A DNA stretch of 64,000 nt from a bacterium. Lineage in GTDB: Bacteria; Acidobacteriota; Thermoanaerobaculia; Multivoradales; J023. A program made the position numbers and the translations under genes. Position 1 is the first letter of the stretch; every line of letters starts with the position of its first letter. Below are positions 26,684 to 36,415 of the stretch, one piece after another. Below the pieces are notes generated by a model. The model was not told the origin of the DNA. It made no database searches and saw nothing but the letters and a program-made list of their open reading frames with translations. Location of the stretch: positions 18,304 through 82,303 of the forward strand of contig JAAELT010000305.1 of NCBI GenBank assembly GCA_024226315.1, in the 5' to 3' direction.

Positions 26684-27817
26684 TCAGCGCCGCCTGTAGC
26701 TGCCCCGTGCGCCTGGCAGTGGCTGGCGGCGCATCCGTCTTTCGAGCTTCTGCCTGACGTCCGCGATGACCTGATCTTCGAGCTTCTGCGCTCGTACGGC
26801 ATCCATCCACAGCGACAGGACCGCGATCGATTCGGTATCAGCTGAGAGCAGCCGAAACCGACCGAAAGTATCGGCCGCAAGCTCCTTCAGATCGCCCCAG
26901 CGCTCCTGCCGACAGAGAACCTCAGACAGGCTCAGTCCAACCAGAGCCAGCTCGAACGGCGCTCCCACGTCGAGGAAGCCTTCCCTGGCTCGCCAGAAGA
27001 GCCGCTCACCGTGCCGCTCGAGGCAGACCTTGACGTAGATCATCCCCTCGATCCAGGTGAGCTTGTGCTTGGGCAAGCTGCGCCGGTGGTTGCGCAGTCT
27101 CCGCTTCGCCTCGCGGATCCAGCGTAGGGCGGATTTCACTGCTCCATCATCGTCGGTCTTCGTGAACGCCAGCGCGAGACAGTGAATCGCGGAATGGTAG
27201 GTCCGGGTGTTCTTGTTCTTGGTCAACTGCAATGCTTCGCCGAAGTGCAGGATGGCCTCGGCAAACTGCGAGGATTGGCTGAAGGCGATCCCCTGTATGA
27301 CGAGGGCCTCTCCGAGGTATTCGTCATGTCGCTGCGTTCGGTAGGTCTTGATTGCTCCGCGGCACAGTTCGAAGGCTTCATCGAACTTCCTTTGCGTGAT
27401 CCGAAGCACCGCCAAGCGATGATGGAGGTTCGATTCCTCAAGGGTTGGAACATCCTCCCGTTCGCAGATCTGCAAGGCAGTTTGGAACGCTGCTTCTGCC
27501 TCGTCGAGCGTTCCGGCACCTCGAAGAGCACCTCCGTACACCGCGTTCGAGCGGACGCGTAACTCTCGGTGGATACGCTGCCCTTCTGATCCGCTGCGCT
27601 CCGGTACCAGCTCGGACAGTCTGGGCGCGAGAACCGCGAGCTTCAGGCCCTTCTCCGGATGATGATAAAGAACATCGTCGCAATGGCCGAGGTAGAGCCA
27701 GAGAAAAGTCTCATCCCAGTAACGAGGCTGCTCAAGCAGAGTGCCAACGTCGACCGGCAGCTCTCGGAGGAGCTTCTGGGCATACTTCTTCGAATGTGGC
27801 AACGACTCCGACTCCAA
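26684..27817 (-). CDS. Uncharacterized alpha-helical repeat (TPR-like) protein with Arg-rich C-terminal tail (RRMRRQPLPGARGSYRRR)
   Basis: Intact 377-aa ORF; paralog of the frameshifted gene at 22770..23937. Confidence 0.65.
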   Translation of the reverse strand: MESESLPHSKKYAQKLLRELPVDVGTLLEQPRYWDETFLWLYLGHCDDVLYHHPEKGLKLAVLAPRLSELVPERSGSEGQRIHRELRVRSNAVYGGALRGAGTLDEAEAAFQTALQICEREDVPTLEESNLHHRLAVLRITQRKFDEAFELCRGAIKTYRTQRHDEYLGEALVIQGIAFSQSSQFAEAILHFGEALQLTKNKNTRTYHSAIHCLALAFTKTDDDGAVKSALRWIREAKRRLRNHRRSLPKHKLTWIEGMIYVKVCLERHGERLFWRAREGFLDVGAPFELALVGLSLSEVLCRQERWGDLKELAADTFGRFRLLSADTESIAVLSLWMDAVRAQKLEDQVIADVRQKLERRMRRQPLPGARGSYRRR

Positions 27818-28273
27818 GTGTTCTGGCCAGAGAATAGCTCATTTAGGGGCAGATGGTGAAGGGGCGCGGTGAACGGGCCGCGCCCCTTACGATCAGCCGT
27901 CTCAGCCGACAGGCGGGATATTCGCGCCGACTCCTGCATTGACGCCAGTACTGATGCGCATGCTCCGTCCTCCATTCAACCGAGCTTCGCGGGTGGCGGG
28001 ATTGCCCCTCCTTCGTCTCGGTTCCCATGAGGACGATAGCTGACCGAACGGTACGAAAAGGCGTCAATAGCCCGGTTCCCAGGTGACGAAAAAGCCTACC
28101 GCTCGGTCGGTAGTTACACATTTAGCCGCACCTTTACTGAATAGAAACCATTGCCGGTTCGATCTCGACGCAAAACCTCTGAAATGAGATCACATTCCGC
28201 CCTGACGAGAACTTTGTCTGCGTGGTAGATGGGAACGGCGCTCCGGAACACGTTTTCGCTGCTAGCCTGACTC

Positions 28274-28765
28274 TTGCTGATGGAGGAGGAGACGCCTAGC
28301 GTGACGAGAGCCGAGCCGAGCGGGTCACCATTGCCGGCGGTCGTCGCCATCCTGGAGCTCATCGCGTCCGAGCACCCTCCACTACTCGACTTCCAGCTCG
28401 ATACGCTTCTCCACAGCACTACCAGATTCGTCGTGCACGAATTTGCCTCGGCCTTCGTCGTCCCACTCAAGCAGGTAGGGCAGACCATCCACAAGGCGTG
28501 CCTCGATCTGGACACGCTAGAAAGAAGACGGGCCGGCTGGAGGGACCCGGCTCTCATCCTCCAGACGCCTAACATCGTCGCGTTGCTGCACGTCTGTCGA
28601 GCCCGGGCCGGGCGGATCGCCGATCGCTACCGCCGGCGAAAGCTCGAGGTGATCGAGAGGCGGCTCCGGGCGGCTCAGGAGCTGGCGCGGTCTCGGGCCT
28701 GGATCGAGGAGTTCATCGGCCCGCCAGTCCGGGACAGAGCCGTCACTGCCAGGCCAGGTGACTGA
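28274..28765 (+). CDS. Hypothetical protein
   Basis: 163-aa ORF with reasonable codon usage, divergent from the helical-repeat gene across a lower-GC intergenic region. Confidence 0.4.
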   Translation: MLMEEETPSVTRAEPSGSPLPAVVAILELIASEHPPLLDFQLDTLLHSTTRFVVHEFASAFVVPLKQVGQTIHKACLDLDTLERRRAGWRDPALILQTPNIVALLHVCRARAGRIADRYRRRKLEVIERRLRAAQELARSRAWIEEFIGPPVRDRAVTARPGD

Positions 28766-29248
28766 CTGTTGGGCAGGGGGTGGCGTAGGCCTCGAGCGGT
28801 TCGCCGGGAGCGCCCAGAATGCCGGCGGCATGGTACCGTCGCACCGGCCATGGAAAAAAAGTTTCCCGCAAAGTGCAAGATTTCAGAGCCCGTTGGTGTC
28901 TATATAAGTAGAGGGTCACGAAAAAGTGCCTGGGTAGATGGCGTCCACGCCGTCACCAGGGACCGCATGGCGGCGGCCCGGGGTCCGGCCTACCGGAGTC
29001 CGGCTCTTTGGGTCCGGTCTCCCGAGGGGCCGGCCTACCGGGCCGGCCTTCTGGCACCGCCGCTCTGGATCCTCACCGCGTTCGGCGGGCTCGCACCGAT
29101 GGCGAGCCGCTCGTACGCCGACTGTCACGGCCCCGATCCGTGACGTGTGCCGTGCCGGCTGCCTGCACGGCTCTGACCGATTCCGAGTCCGGGGAACGCG
29201 ACCTCCGCCCCTTCCGGGGGGCGTTCGTCCGCCCTGTTCGAGGACCCA

Positions 29249-29290
29249 ACCCGCCGCGTGCCCCCCCCCGGGGTGCCGGCGGGTTTTTTC
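29249..29290 (+). terminator. Imperfect GC hairpin followed by T6, ending ~25 nt upstream of the sigma-factor start codon; candidate attenuator or terminator of a leader/ncRNA
   Basis: cccgccgcgtgcccccccccggggtgccggcgggtttttt. An AT-rich stretch with a tatata element lies at ~28845-28925, upstream. Confidence 0.45.
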
Positions 29291-29315
29291 GTGGAGACCG
29301 AAGAGAAAGGAGAAA

Positions 29316-30636
29316 CATGGAGAACGAATCGACGGACTGGACGCAGTGGGAACCGACTGCCGAAGATCTCCCGGAGCTCGATGCCGCAACGGTGGCCGCG
29401 GTCCGTGAGCTTCAGGGAGGGGAGGTCGCCGAGAGCACCCGCCACCTCTTCGCGACCTTCGAGCCGCAGCTCGCCGCCTACTTCCGGCGCAAAGGCTGTC
29501 AGGACGACGACGCCAACGACCTCACCCAGACCGTCTTCATCCAGATACTGGACCAGATCGAGACCCTGAAGGACCCGACGCGCTTCCATTTCTGGCTCTT
29601 CAAGACCGCCGAGCACCATCTCTTCAACTTCGGGCGCGACTCGGCCCGCGACCGCGAGGGGCTCGAGGGCTTCGCGGACAAAGCGCGCAAGGACAGCGAG
29701 TCGGGCACCTTCTGGGTGCGGGGCACCTTCGAGCCGAGCCCGGAGGCGAGGCTGACGGTAAGCGAGAGGGTGGGTCGGCGGCGCGAAGTGCTGCGCAAGC
29801 TGCTCAAGGCCACCCGGCTCGCGCCGCGGACGCGAAGGTCCCTCCTGCTGCGGCTGCGCGGCGCCAGCTACCAGGAGATCGCCCGCGAGCTCGAGTGCTC
29901 CGCCGGCACCGTCGGATCGCACATCAGCCGCGCCAGCACCGCACTGATCAGGAACCTCGAGAGGATCGATCTCGACGCCGTGGCTCTCGACGACGACGAC
30001 GCCGACCTCGTGGCCGCGCTGACCCCGGAGCTCCTCACCTTCAAACGGGAGGCCCAGGAGGCGGATCCGACCTACGCCTCGGCCGGCATCCTCGAGGCCG
30101 CCAGCGCCGACTTCGAGGGGATGCAGGAGAGCGACGATGAAGCGCTGGATCTGCTCGACAAGACGGACGGGGAGGAGGAGACCGAGAAGGGGGAGGCCGG
30201 GAAGGTCGAGCGCGTGGTCGACAGCCCGGCGGAGATCGCCGCCGTGGCCCGGCAGGACCGCAGGCGGTGGCGGCCTCGCCGGCGGACGACCCGGACGATC
30301 CCGCCGGCGGGAAAGAGAGACGGAGGGCCGGACCTGGGGCGCCTCTCGAGAGACGACCTGGGCTACCCCCTGACCCTCCTCGAGGAAGCCGCCGCCCGCT
30401 GCGGCGAGCGCGGCGGGAGCCGCGACGGTCACGCCTTCGATCCTCTGGCGCTGAAAGCCAAGCTCGCCTGCGCCGGCTCGCTTCTCGCCCGTGGCCGGCG
30501 CTTCGCGGTCGCGCGGCGGGTCGGCGAGATCGTCCGGCTGGCGATCCTGCTGATCGGCCACGGACGGCGCGACGACGTCAGACGCAAGCTCGCGGAAGGC
30601 CGCGGCCTGCTCGAGGCCTACCTCGGGCGCAACTAA
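29316..30636 (+). CDS. ECF-type sigma-70 factor (regions 2 and 4) with ~40-aa N-terminal and ~200-aa C-terminal extensions
   Basis: Region 2: DANDLTQTVFIQILDQIETLKDPTRFHFWLFKTAEHHLFNF. Region 4: LLLRLRGASYQEIARELECSAGTVGSHISRASTALIRNL. AAGGAG SD 7 nt before ATG 29316. Confidence 0.75.
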
Positions 30637-30826
30637 ACAGTCCCCGAGCTCACGACTCCGACCCACCGCTTCCCGACGGGAAGCCGTGGAATACAACCCT
30701 CAACCAGGGCGCTACAGGCGGGCCACATGTGTCCGCCTGTTTCCGATATGCCCGCGTCCGGGACGCCGGATCGCGAGCACAAAACCAAACCGCCCGGAAA
30801 CCCCGGGCAAAGAAAGGAGCCATCAC

Positions 30827-31694
30827 CATGGCTAAATTGACTGTATCGATCACCGGCAAGGTCAGGTCCTGCCTGTTCTTGCTCGCGGCCCTCGGAGAAC
30901 AAGGGCCCAAGGTGACGCAACTCGTGCTGGACAAGCTCCAGCCGAGCCTGAAGCGAGGCGAAGAGCCTCCCCCGTTCCTGGCCCAGCTGCAAGCGCTGGG
31001 CCGACTGCTCCGAGCCGCGCTCGAGCTGATGATCGCACTCGACCGCAAGCTCTACGACGAGGACGAGCTGCGAGCGACCCTGTTCGCGGATCGCCAGGAA
31101 ATCGCCGGCAAGCTCGGACGCAAGGTCGGCGGCCTGCGCCGCATCGTCCTCGGCCACTACCCCGACGCCAAAGCGGAAAAACTCGGCCTCCAGGGCCGGA
31201 CCGAGCAGGAGCCGGTCGCACTGCTCCGGCAGTCCGAGCTGATCTGCCAGAAGCTGCGGCGTGAGGACCTGGAGAAGATGCTGGGAGATCCCTTGTTCGA
31301 TCTGCAGCTCGATCCGGAGCCCTACGTCCTTCAGGTCGATCCCGTTCTGCCGCGTCTGACCGAGGCCTACGAGGTCCACCAGCGGGCGCGGCGCCGGGTC
31401 GACAACCTGCTGGACGAGAAAAAGGAGGCGGTGACGTCCTACGACGTCGCCTTCCTGCGGGTGGCCCGCCAGTTCGAGGACCTCTGCCGTCTGGCAGGGA
31501 AGAACGAGCTGGCCGACAAGGTACGGCCGTCGCTCACCCACCCGGGTGAGACCGCCGAGAGGCCGGACGACAGTGAGGTTCTGGACTCGGCCGACGGCGT
31601 CGTCGCGGCCGACGTCGCCGGCGAGCCCGAGGCGCCTGTGTCCGAGGCCGAGCCGCGGTCCGAGACGGCGCCCGAGCCGTCAGACGTCGGCTAG
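30827..31694 (+). CDS. Hypothetical protein (289 aa), downstream of the ECF sigma factor
   Basis: AAAGGAG SD; a clean ORF followed by a strong intrinsic terminator. Confidence 0.6.
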
Positions 31695-31702
31695 ATGCTA
31701 GC

Positions 31703-31742
31703 GGCGCCGGCGCAGCGACCACGCTGCGCCGGCGCCTTTTTC
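31703..31742 (+). terminator. Rho-independent terminator (15-bp GC stem, 4-nt loop, T5)
   Basis: ggcgccggcgcagcg-acca-cgctgcgccggcgcc-ttttt. Confidence 0.7.
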
Positions 31743-31868
31743 CTTCGTTCCTGATCCGCGGGAATGCCTGGCGAGGCAGGCGGGCTCGCCTTGCGGGTGA
31801 CCGAGGTGGCTGGCACCGCGGACGGGTGACCGAGGTGGCTGGCACCGCGGACAGCAGCACCTGTCGTC

Positions 31869-32582
31869 TCATCGTGCCAGGAAGTTCTTCGTCACCTCTT
31901 CGAGGGCGCGACCGGTCTCCTTATCGAGTCCTTTGAACGCGATGCCTGCTCGACACACTCCCTCCTCCGAAACCTCCCGGATCAGCTGGCGGTTGGCGAC
32001 CCGACCGGCCATCTGGAGCGACCGGTGACCGGCGCGCAGCTCCATGTCCAGGGTGGAACCGACGTCCAGAAGCAGCTTGGTCTCGATCAGCATGCCAGAG
32101 AAGCTGATCACCGAGACCACGAAGTCGTGGTACTCGCTGACCTTCGCCGGCCCCTCCAGGGTCACTTTGAAGCGTCCGTTGATGCGCTTCTCCGCGTCGA
32201 TCACCATGTGGTGCTGGAGGAAGGTGAGAACCTCCAGGGCCTTTTCCTCGAGCGCGCTCCGAAACTCCAAACCACTCTGGTAGACCGGAATGACTTCGCT
32301 GTTGGACCGCTCGGTGCGCACCAGGTGACTCCATCGAACGTCCGATTTGAGCTCCAGGCCCTCGTCGCCTTTCTGGAGAGTGATCTCGTACTCACTTCCG
32401 ATCTCCAGCGGCCTCTGGCACTCGACGGCGAGTCCGGTGAGGCTCATGTTGAAGACCTCGACCTCGAAGTGCAGCGGGAATCTCCCGCGTACGTCCCGAA
32501 CCTGGTAGCGAGGATGCTGCCGTCGGAGCTTGTAGCGAGGATGCCGCCGCCGTCCTGATCCCGACTTCGAGGGGTCGCTCAT
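31869..32582 (-). CDS. Tandem PilZ-domain protein (putative c-di-GMP receptor)
   Basis: RRRHPRYKLRRQHPRY...FNMSLTGLAVE, and a second PilZ-like half RINGRFKV...ISFSGMLIE. Confidence 0.7.
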   Translation of the reverse strand: MSDPSKSGSGRRRHPRYKLRRQHPRYQVRDVRGRFPLHFEVEVFNMSLTGLAVECQRPLEIGSEYEITLQKGDEGLELKSDVRWSHLVRTERSNSEVIPVYQSGLEFRSALEEKALEVLTFLQHHMVIDAEKRINGRFKVTLEGPAKVSEYHDFVVSVISFSGMLIETKLLLDVGSTLDMELRAGHRSLQMAGRVANRQLIREVSEEGVCRAGIAFKGLDKETGRALEEVTKNFLAR

Positions 32583-32896
32583 CGAACCAGGCTATCAGAA
32601 GGATCGCTTGCAGCTCGGGCTGGGGCAACAGGTCGGCCGGCCGGTCTGTCCAGCGCTCGAGATTCAGGATGCCGTGGGTCAGGATTCGTGCGCCCGGCAG
32701 CGGCTATCACGTCGTACTCCCCTGCCCGAAGGCGGGCCGCCGCCTCGGGGAGGTCGACAGTAGTTCTCATAAAAGCATCTTTATAGCTTGATGCGCGACG
32801 GTCAAGTCCCCGAGGCGGCCCCGCCTTGCGGGCTGCCAACCTTTGGGCTAGTCTCATTTCCGGCCCGCATCTCCCTCCTCGATTCGAACTCCGTCC

Positions 32897-33817
32897 ATGA
32901 CCGAACCCAGCGTCGCGGCCCTCGTTCTCAACTACAACGGCAAGGAGCTGACGCTCCAGACCGTCGAGAGCCTGCTGGCGATGACTTACCCGCGCTGCGA
33001 GGTCGTGGTGATCGACAACGCCTCCACCGACGGATCCCACGAGGCGGTGCAAGAAGCCTTTCCCGACGTCACCCAGGTCCGGGTCGAAGTCAACCAGGGG
33101 CCGGTGAGTGGTATGAACGCCGGCCTGCGATACGCGATCGAGCACGACTTCGACTACGCGCTGCTGCTCAACAACGACATCGAGGTCGACGCCGAAATGG
33201 TCACCGAGATGGTGGCGGTGGCCGAGCGTGACGAGACCATCGGCGTGGTCGGTCCCAAGGCCTACTACTTCTGGGACCGCGAGCGGATCTGGTCGGCCGG
33301 CGGCATCCTGCGCTTCAAGGAGTCGGTGACGCGCGAGCGCGGCGACGGTGAGCTCGACCGCGGGCAGTGGGACCGCGACGAGGAGGTCGACTACATCTGC
33401 GGCTGCGCCATGCTGGTGCGGCGGTCCGCGATCCTGGCCACCGGGCTGTGGGACCCGACCTACACCCTCGGCGTCGAGGACGCCGACTGGTGCGCGCGCA
33501 TGAAGCGGCAGGGGTTCCGCTGCTACTACGCCCACAAGGCCAGGCTGTGGCACAAGGTCGGGCAGTCGATCGGCGTCTACAAGCCGGGGCGCACGTTTCA
33601 CACCGGTCGCAACATGGCGATCTTCGTGCGCAAGTACGCCGGCCCCTGGCAGTGGCTGACCTTCGCGCTGTTCTATGCCGCGAGCATCCCCGTGGCCTTC
33701 TTGCGCGAGCTCCCCAAGGGCAACCAGATGGCGGCGGTCATGAAGCTCAAGGGCGTGCTGGCGGGCCTGAGGGTGCCGCTGGGCTCGCCGCCGCCGTTGC
33801 CCGGGAAGCCCGGCTAG
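32897..33817 (+). CDS. Family 2 glycosyltransferase
   Basis: ALVLNYNGKELTLQTVESL...VVIDNASTDGS...LLLNNDIEVD. Confidence 0.85.
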   Translation: MTEPSVAALVLNYNGKELTLQTVESLLAMTYPRCEVVVIDNASTDGSHEAVQEAFPDVTQVRVEVNQGPVSGMNAGLRYAIEHDFDYALLLNNDIEVDAEMVTEMVAVAERDETIGVVGPKAYYFWDRERIWSAGGILRFKESVTRERGDGELDRGQWDRDEEVDYICGCAMLVRRSAILATGLWDPTYTLGVEDADWCARMKRQGFRCYYAHKARLWHKVGQSIGVYKPGRTFHTGRNMAIFVRKYAGPWQWLTFALFYAASIPVAFLRELPKGNQMAAVMKLKGVLAGLRVPLGSPPPLPGKPG

Positions 33818-33945
33818 ACCATGCCGGACCTGTTTCGCCCTTACAGGGCGATCCTCTCGGGGCTCCCGCAACCCGGGGCTGCGCCCCGGGCTTTACGATT
33901 TCGCCCCTTCGGGGCGCAGACATGGCAGCCTGAAGAAGCTCTGCC

Positions 33946-35379
33946 GTGAGCCGCGAAACCACCCGCCGGTTCCTGCATTCGTCGGGCGCCGCCATCTTCT
34001 CGCAGCTGTGGCGGGTGGTGGTGACGTTCGGCACCATGCTGCTGCTCAAGCGGTGGATCTCGGACGGGGATTGGGGGCTCTGGCACTGGGCGCTGACGGT
34101 GTTCATGATCCTCGGCGCGGCGCGCGACCTGGGGCTCGTGTTCCACGTGGTGCGGGTGAAGCCGCGGCCCTACGGCAACCTGCTGGCCGTGGAGCTGATC
34201 TGGGGCAGCGCCATGGTGGGCCTCGCCTACTGGGGGGCGCCGCTGCTCTCCCGCGGTTTCTCGGAGGCCCACCCGGACGTCATCGGAGTGCTGCGGGCGC
34301 TCACCCTTTTCCTGTTCTTCGAAGGCCTGTCGATAGTGCCCCGAGTGTACTTCGAGGGCGAGCTGCGGATCGGCCGCGCGGTGGCGCCGGAGCTGGTGCG
34401 CAACCTGGTGATGGCGGCCACGGCGATCGCCCTGGCGTGGCAGGGCTTCGGCGTCTGGAGCCTGGTCTGGGCCTGGGTCGCCTCGGCGGCGATCTACGCG
34501 CTGATGCTTTGGTGGCGCGCCTGGGGCGACATTCCCTTGCTCTTCCAGCGTGGCGAGACCCTGGCGCTGATCCGCGAGAGCTCGCCCCTGGCGGTGATCT
34601 GGTTTCTGATCATCCTGGTGCGCTTCATCGACCCGTTGATCCTCGGCTGGCGCTTCGAGAGCAGCGTGGTGGGCAACTACGGCTTCGCCTACGAGAACGC
34701 CTTCCGGATGTCCGAGATCGTCTTCCCGGCGGTGGGGCGGGCGCTCTACCCGGCGCTGGTGGCGTTTCGTGAAGAGGTGCGCCGGCTGTTCGACGCCTAC
34801 GCCCTGGGGACCCTGTTCATCCAGGCCCTGGAGCTGCCGGTGGCCTACTTCCTGTTCCTCAACGCCGAGACCGCGCTGTATCTGTTGGGCGGCGCGCAGT
34901 GGGAGCAGGCACCGACCTACCTGCGTATCCTGTGTTTCGCGCCGCTGGTGGATCCGTTCACCCGCCTGGGCGGCGAGATCCTCAAGGTACAGCACCGCGA
35001 CGGGCTGTGGATCGTCTGCAACTGCATCACCCTGGCGACCTTTCTCGGCGGCGGCATCTACCTGACCGGGCTTCTCGGTCCGGTGGGCATGGCCTGGATC
35101 AACCTGTTGCCGCTGGGCGGCGTGCCGATGGCGTGGGCGCTCTACCGGGTGGCGCCGAAGCGCTTTCTCGAGCTGGTACGGCAGCTGGTCTTCGTCTACC
35201 TGGTGCCGATCCCGATCTTCGTCTGCGCCTGGCTGGCCGCCGGCGACCATCCCTGGTGGCTGTTCGCGGTGTCGCTGGTCGCCGTCGCCCTCAGTCTGGC
35301 GATCTTCGCCTGGCGGTTCGGTCGCGACTTCGTGGACTTCTTCCAGCGACCCACCGGCGCTTCCGCTACCGACGACTGA
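33946..35379 (+). CDS. Wzx-like oligosaccharide flippase (MOP superfamily, polysaccharide biosynthesis protein)
   Basis: 477 aa with ~12-14 TM helices; typical Wzx N-terminus. Confidence 0.8.
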   Translation: MSRETTRRFLHSSGAAIFSQLWRVVVTFGTMLLLKRWISDGDWGLWHWALTVFMILGAARDLGLVFHVVRVKPRPYGNLLAVELIWGSAMVGLAYWGAPLLSRGFSEAHPDVIGVLRALTLFLFFEGLSIVPRVYFEGELRIGRAVAPELVRNLVMAATAIALAWQGFGVWSLVWAWVASAAIYALMLWWRAWGDIPLLFQRGETLALIRESSPLAVIWFLIILVRFIDPLILGWRFESSVVGNYGFAYENAFRMSEIVFPAVGRALYPALVAFREEVRRLFDAYALGTLFIQALELPVAYFLFLNAETALYLLGGAQWEQAPTYLRILCFAPLVDPFTRLGGEILKVQHRDGLWIVCNCITLATFLGGGIYLTGLLGPVGMAWINLLPLGGVPMAWALYRVAPKRFLELVRQLVFVYLVPIPIFVCAWLAAGDHPWWLFAVSLVAVALSLAIFAWRFGRDFVDFFQRPTGASATDD

Positions 35380-35543
35380 GCCACGACGGCCCGTCTTGCG
35401 GGGCTCGCCCGCTTGGGCTAAGCTGCCTCACGGCAGGCCCGCCTGCCCCCACCCACACACTCACGCCCCGCAAGCCCGTCTCCGCTCGCCCGCACGCTCA
35501 GATCATCCGAAGGGCCGGGGTCTCGGATCCTGGAGATCAGGAC

Positions 35544-36395
35544 ATGATTCGCTCTCTCGTCATCAGCTTCCTGCGCAGCTCTTTCAAGGAGGACATGCGC
35601 CACCAGCTCGACGGGTCGGCCACCGCCGGCACCGCCGGCGCGCCCAGTAAGAAGCGCGCCAACCCCATCCTCGAGACGATCGCAAGACTGGGCGGCAAGC
35701 TGATCGGCCCCCGTACCAAGACCCGGATCCAAGGCTACCTGATCAACAAGTTCGACGTCCCGCTGTCGTTCGTGCCGCCGGATCAGCTGGTCGTGTTCTT
35801 CGAGAAGGCGGTGGGGCGCCTGAGCGAGACCGTGGGGCCCGAGAACGTGGGCGACTACCTGGAGTTCGGGGTCTACCAGGGCAACTCGATGATGGCCATG
35901 CAGGAGGCCGTCCGGCGCGTCGGTATCGATCGCGTGCGCTTCTTCGGCTTCGACTCGTTCGAGGGCCTGCCGAGCGAAGCGGAGTGGGATGGACCGTGGT
36001 CGGAAGGGGAATTCCGGTCGGACATCGAATTCACCCGTAAGCGCCTCACCGAGGGCGGTGTCGACTGGGACCGCACCGAGCTGGTCAAGGGATTCTTCTC
36101 TGACACCCTGACGCTGGAGCTGCGGCAACAGCACTCCCTCGAGAAGGCCAGCCTGATCATGGTCGATGCCGACCTCTACACCTCCTCGCGCGACGCGCTC
36201 GTCTTCTGTGAGCCGTTGATCAAGGACACCTCGGTGATCTTCTTCGACGACTGGAACTCGACCGACGAGGAGGGCGGCGAGAAGCGCGCGATGCGCGAGC
36301 TGCTGGAAGCCCACCCGGACCTCGAGGCCGAGGAGATCGGCACTTACTCGCCCAACGCCCTGTCGTTCCTGGTCACCAGGAAGCCCGCCGCGTAG
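35544..36395 (+). CDS. TylF/MycF-family (macrocin-O-methyltransferase-like) SAM-dependent sugar O-methyltransferase
   Basis: FFGFDSFEGLP...IMVDADLYTSS...VIFFDDW. Start moved to ATG 35544; the track ORF starts at 34899, inside the flippase gene. Confidence 0.75.
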   Translation: MIRSLVISFLRSSFKEDMRHQLDGSATAGTAGAPSKKRANPILETIARLGGKLIGPRTKTRIQGYLINKFDVPLSFVPPDQLVVFFEKAVGRLSETVGPENVGDYLEFGVYQGNSMMAMQEAVRRVGIDRVRFFGFDSFEGLPSEAEWDGPWSEGEFRSDIEFTRKRLTEGGVDWDRTELVKGFFSDTLTLELRQQHSLEKASLIMVDADLYTSSRDALVFCEPLIKDTSVIFFDDWNSTDEEGGEKRAMRELLEAHPDLEAEEIGTYSPNALSFLVTRKPAA

Positions 36396-36415
36396 CCCAC
36401 TGGCGGGGACGCCCG

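Noticed and set aside
32579-35250. Minus ORFs 32579..33871 (430 aa) and 33841..35250 (469 aa)
   Set aside because: Antisense to the GT2 and Wzx genes, which have clear family signatures on the + strand.
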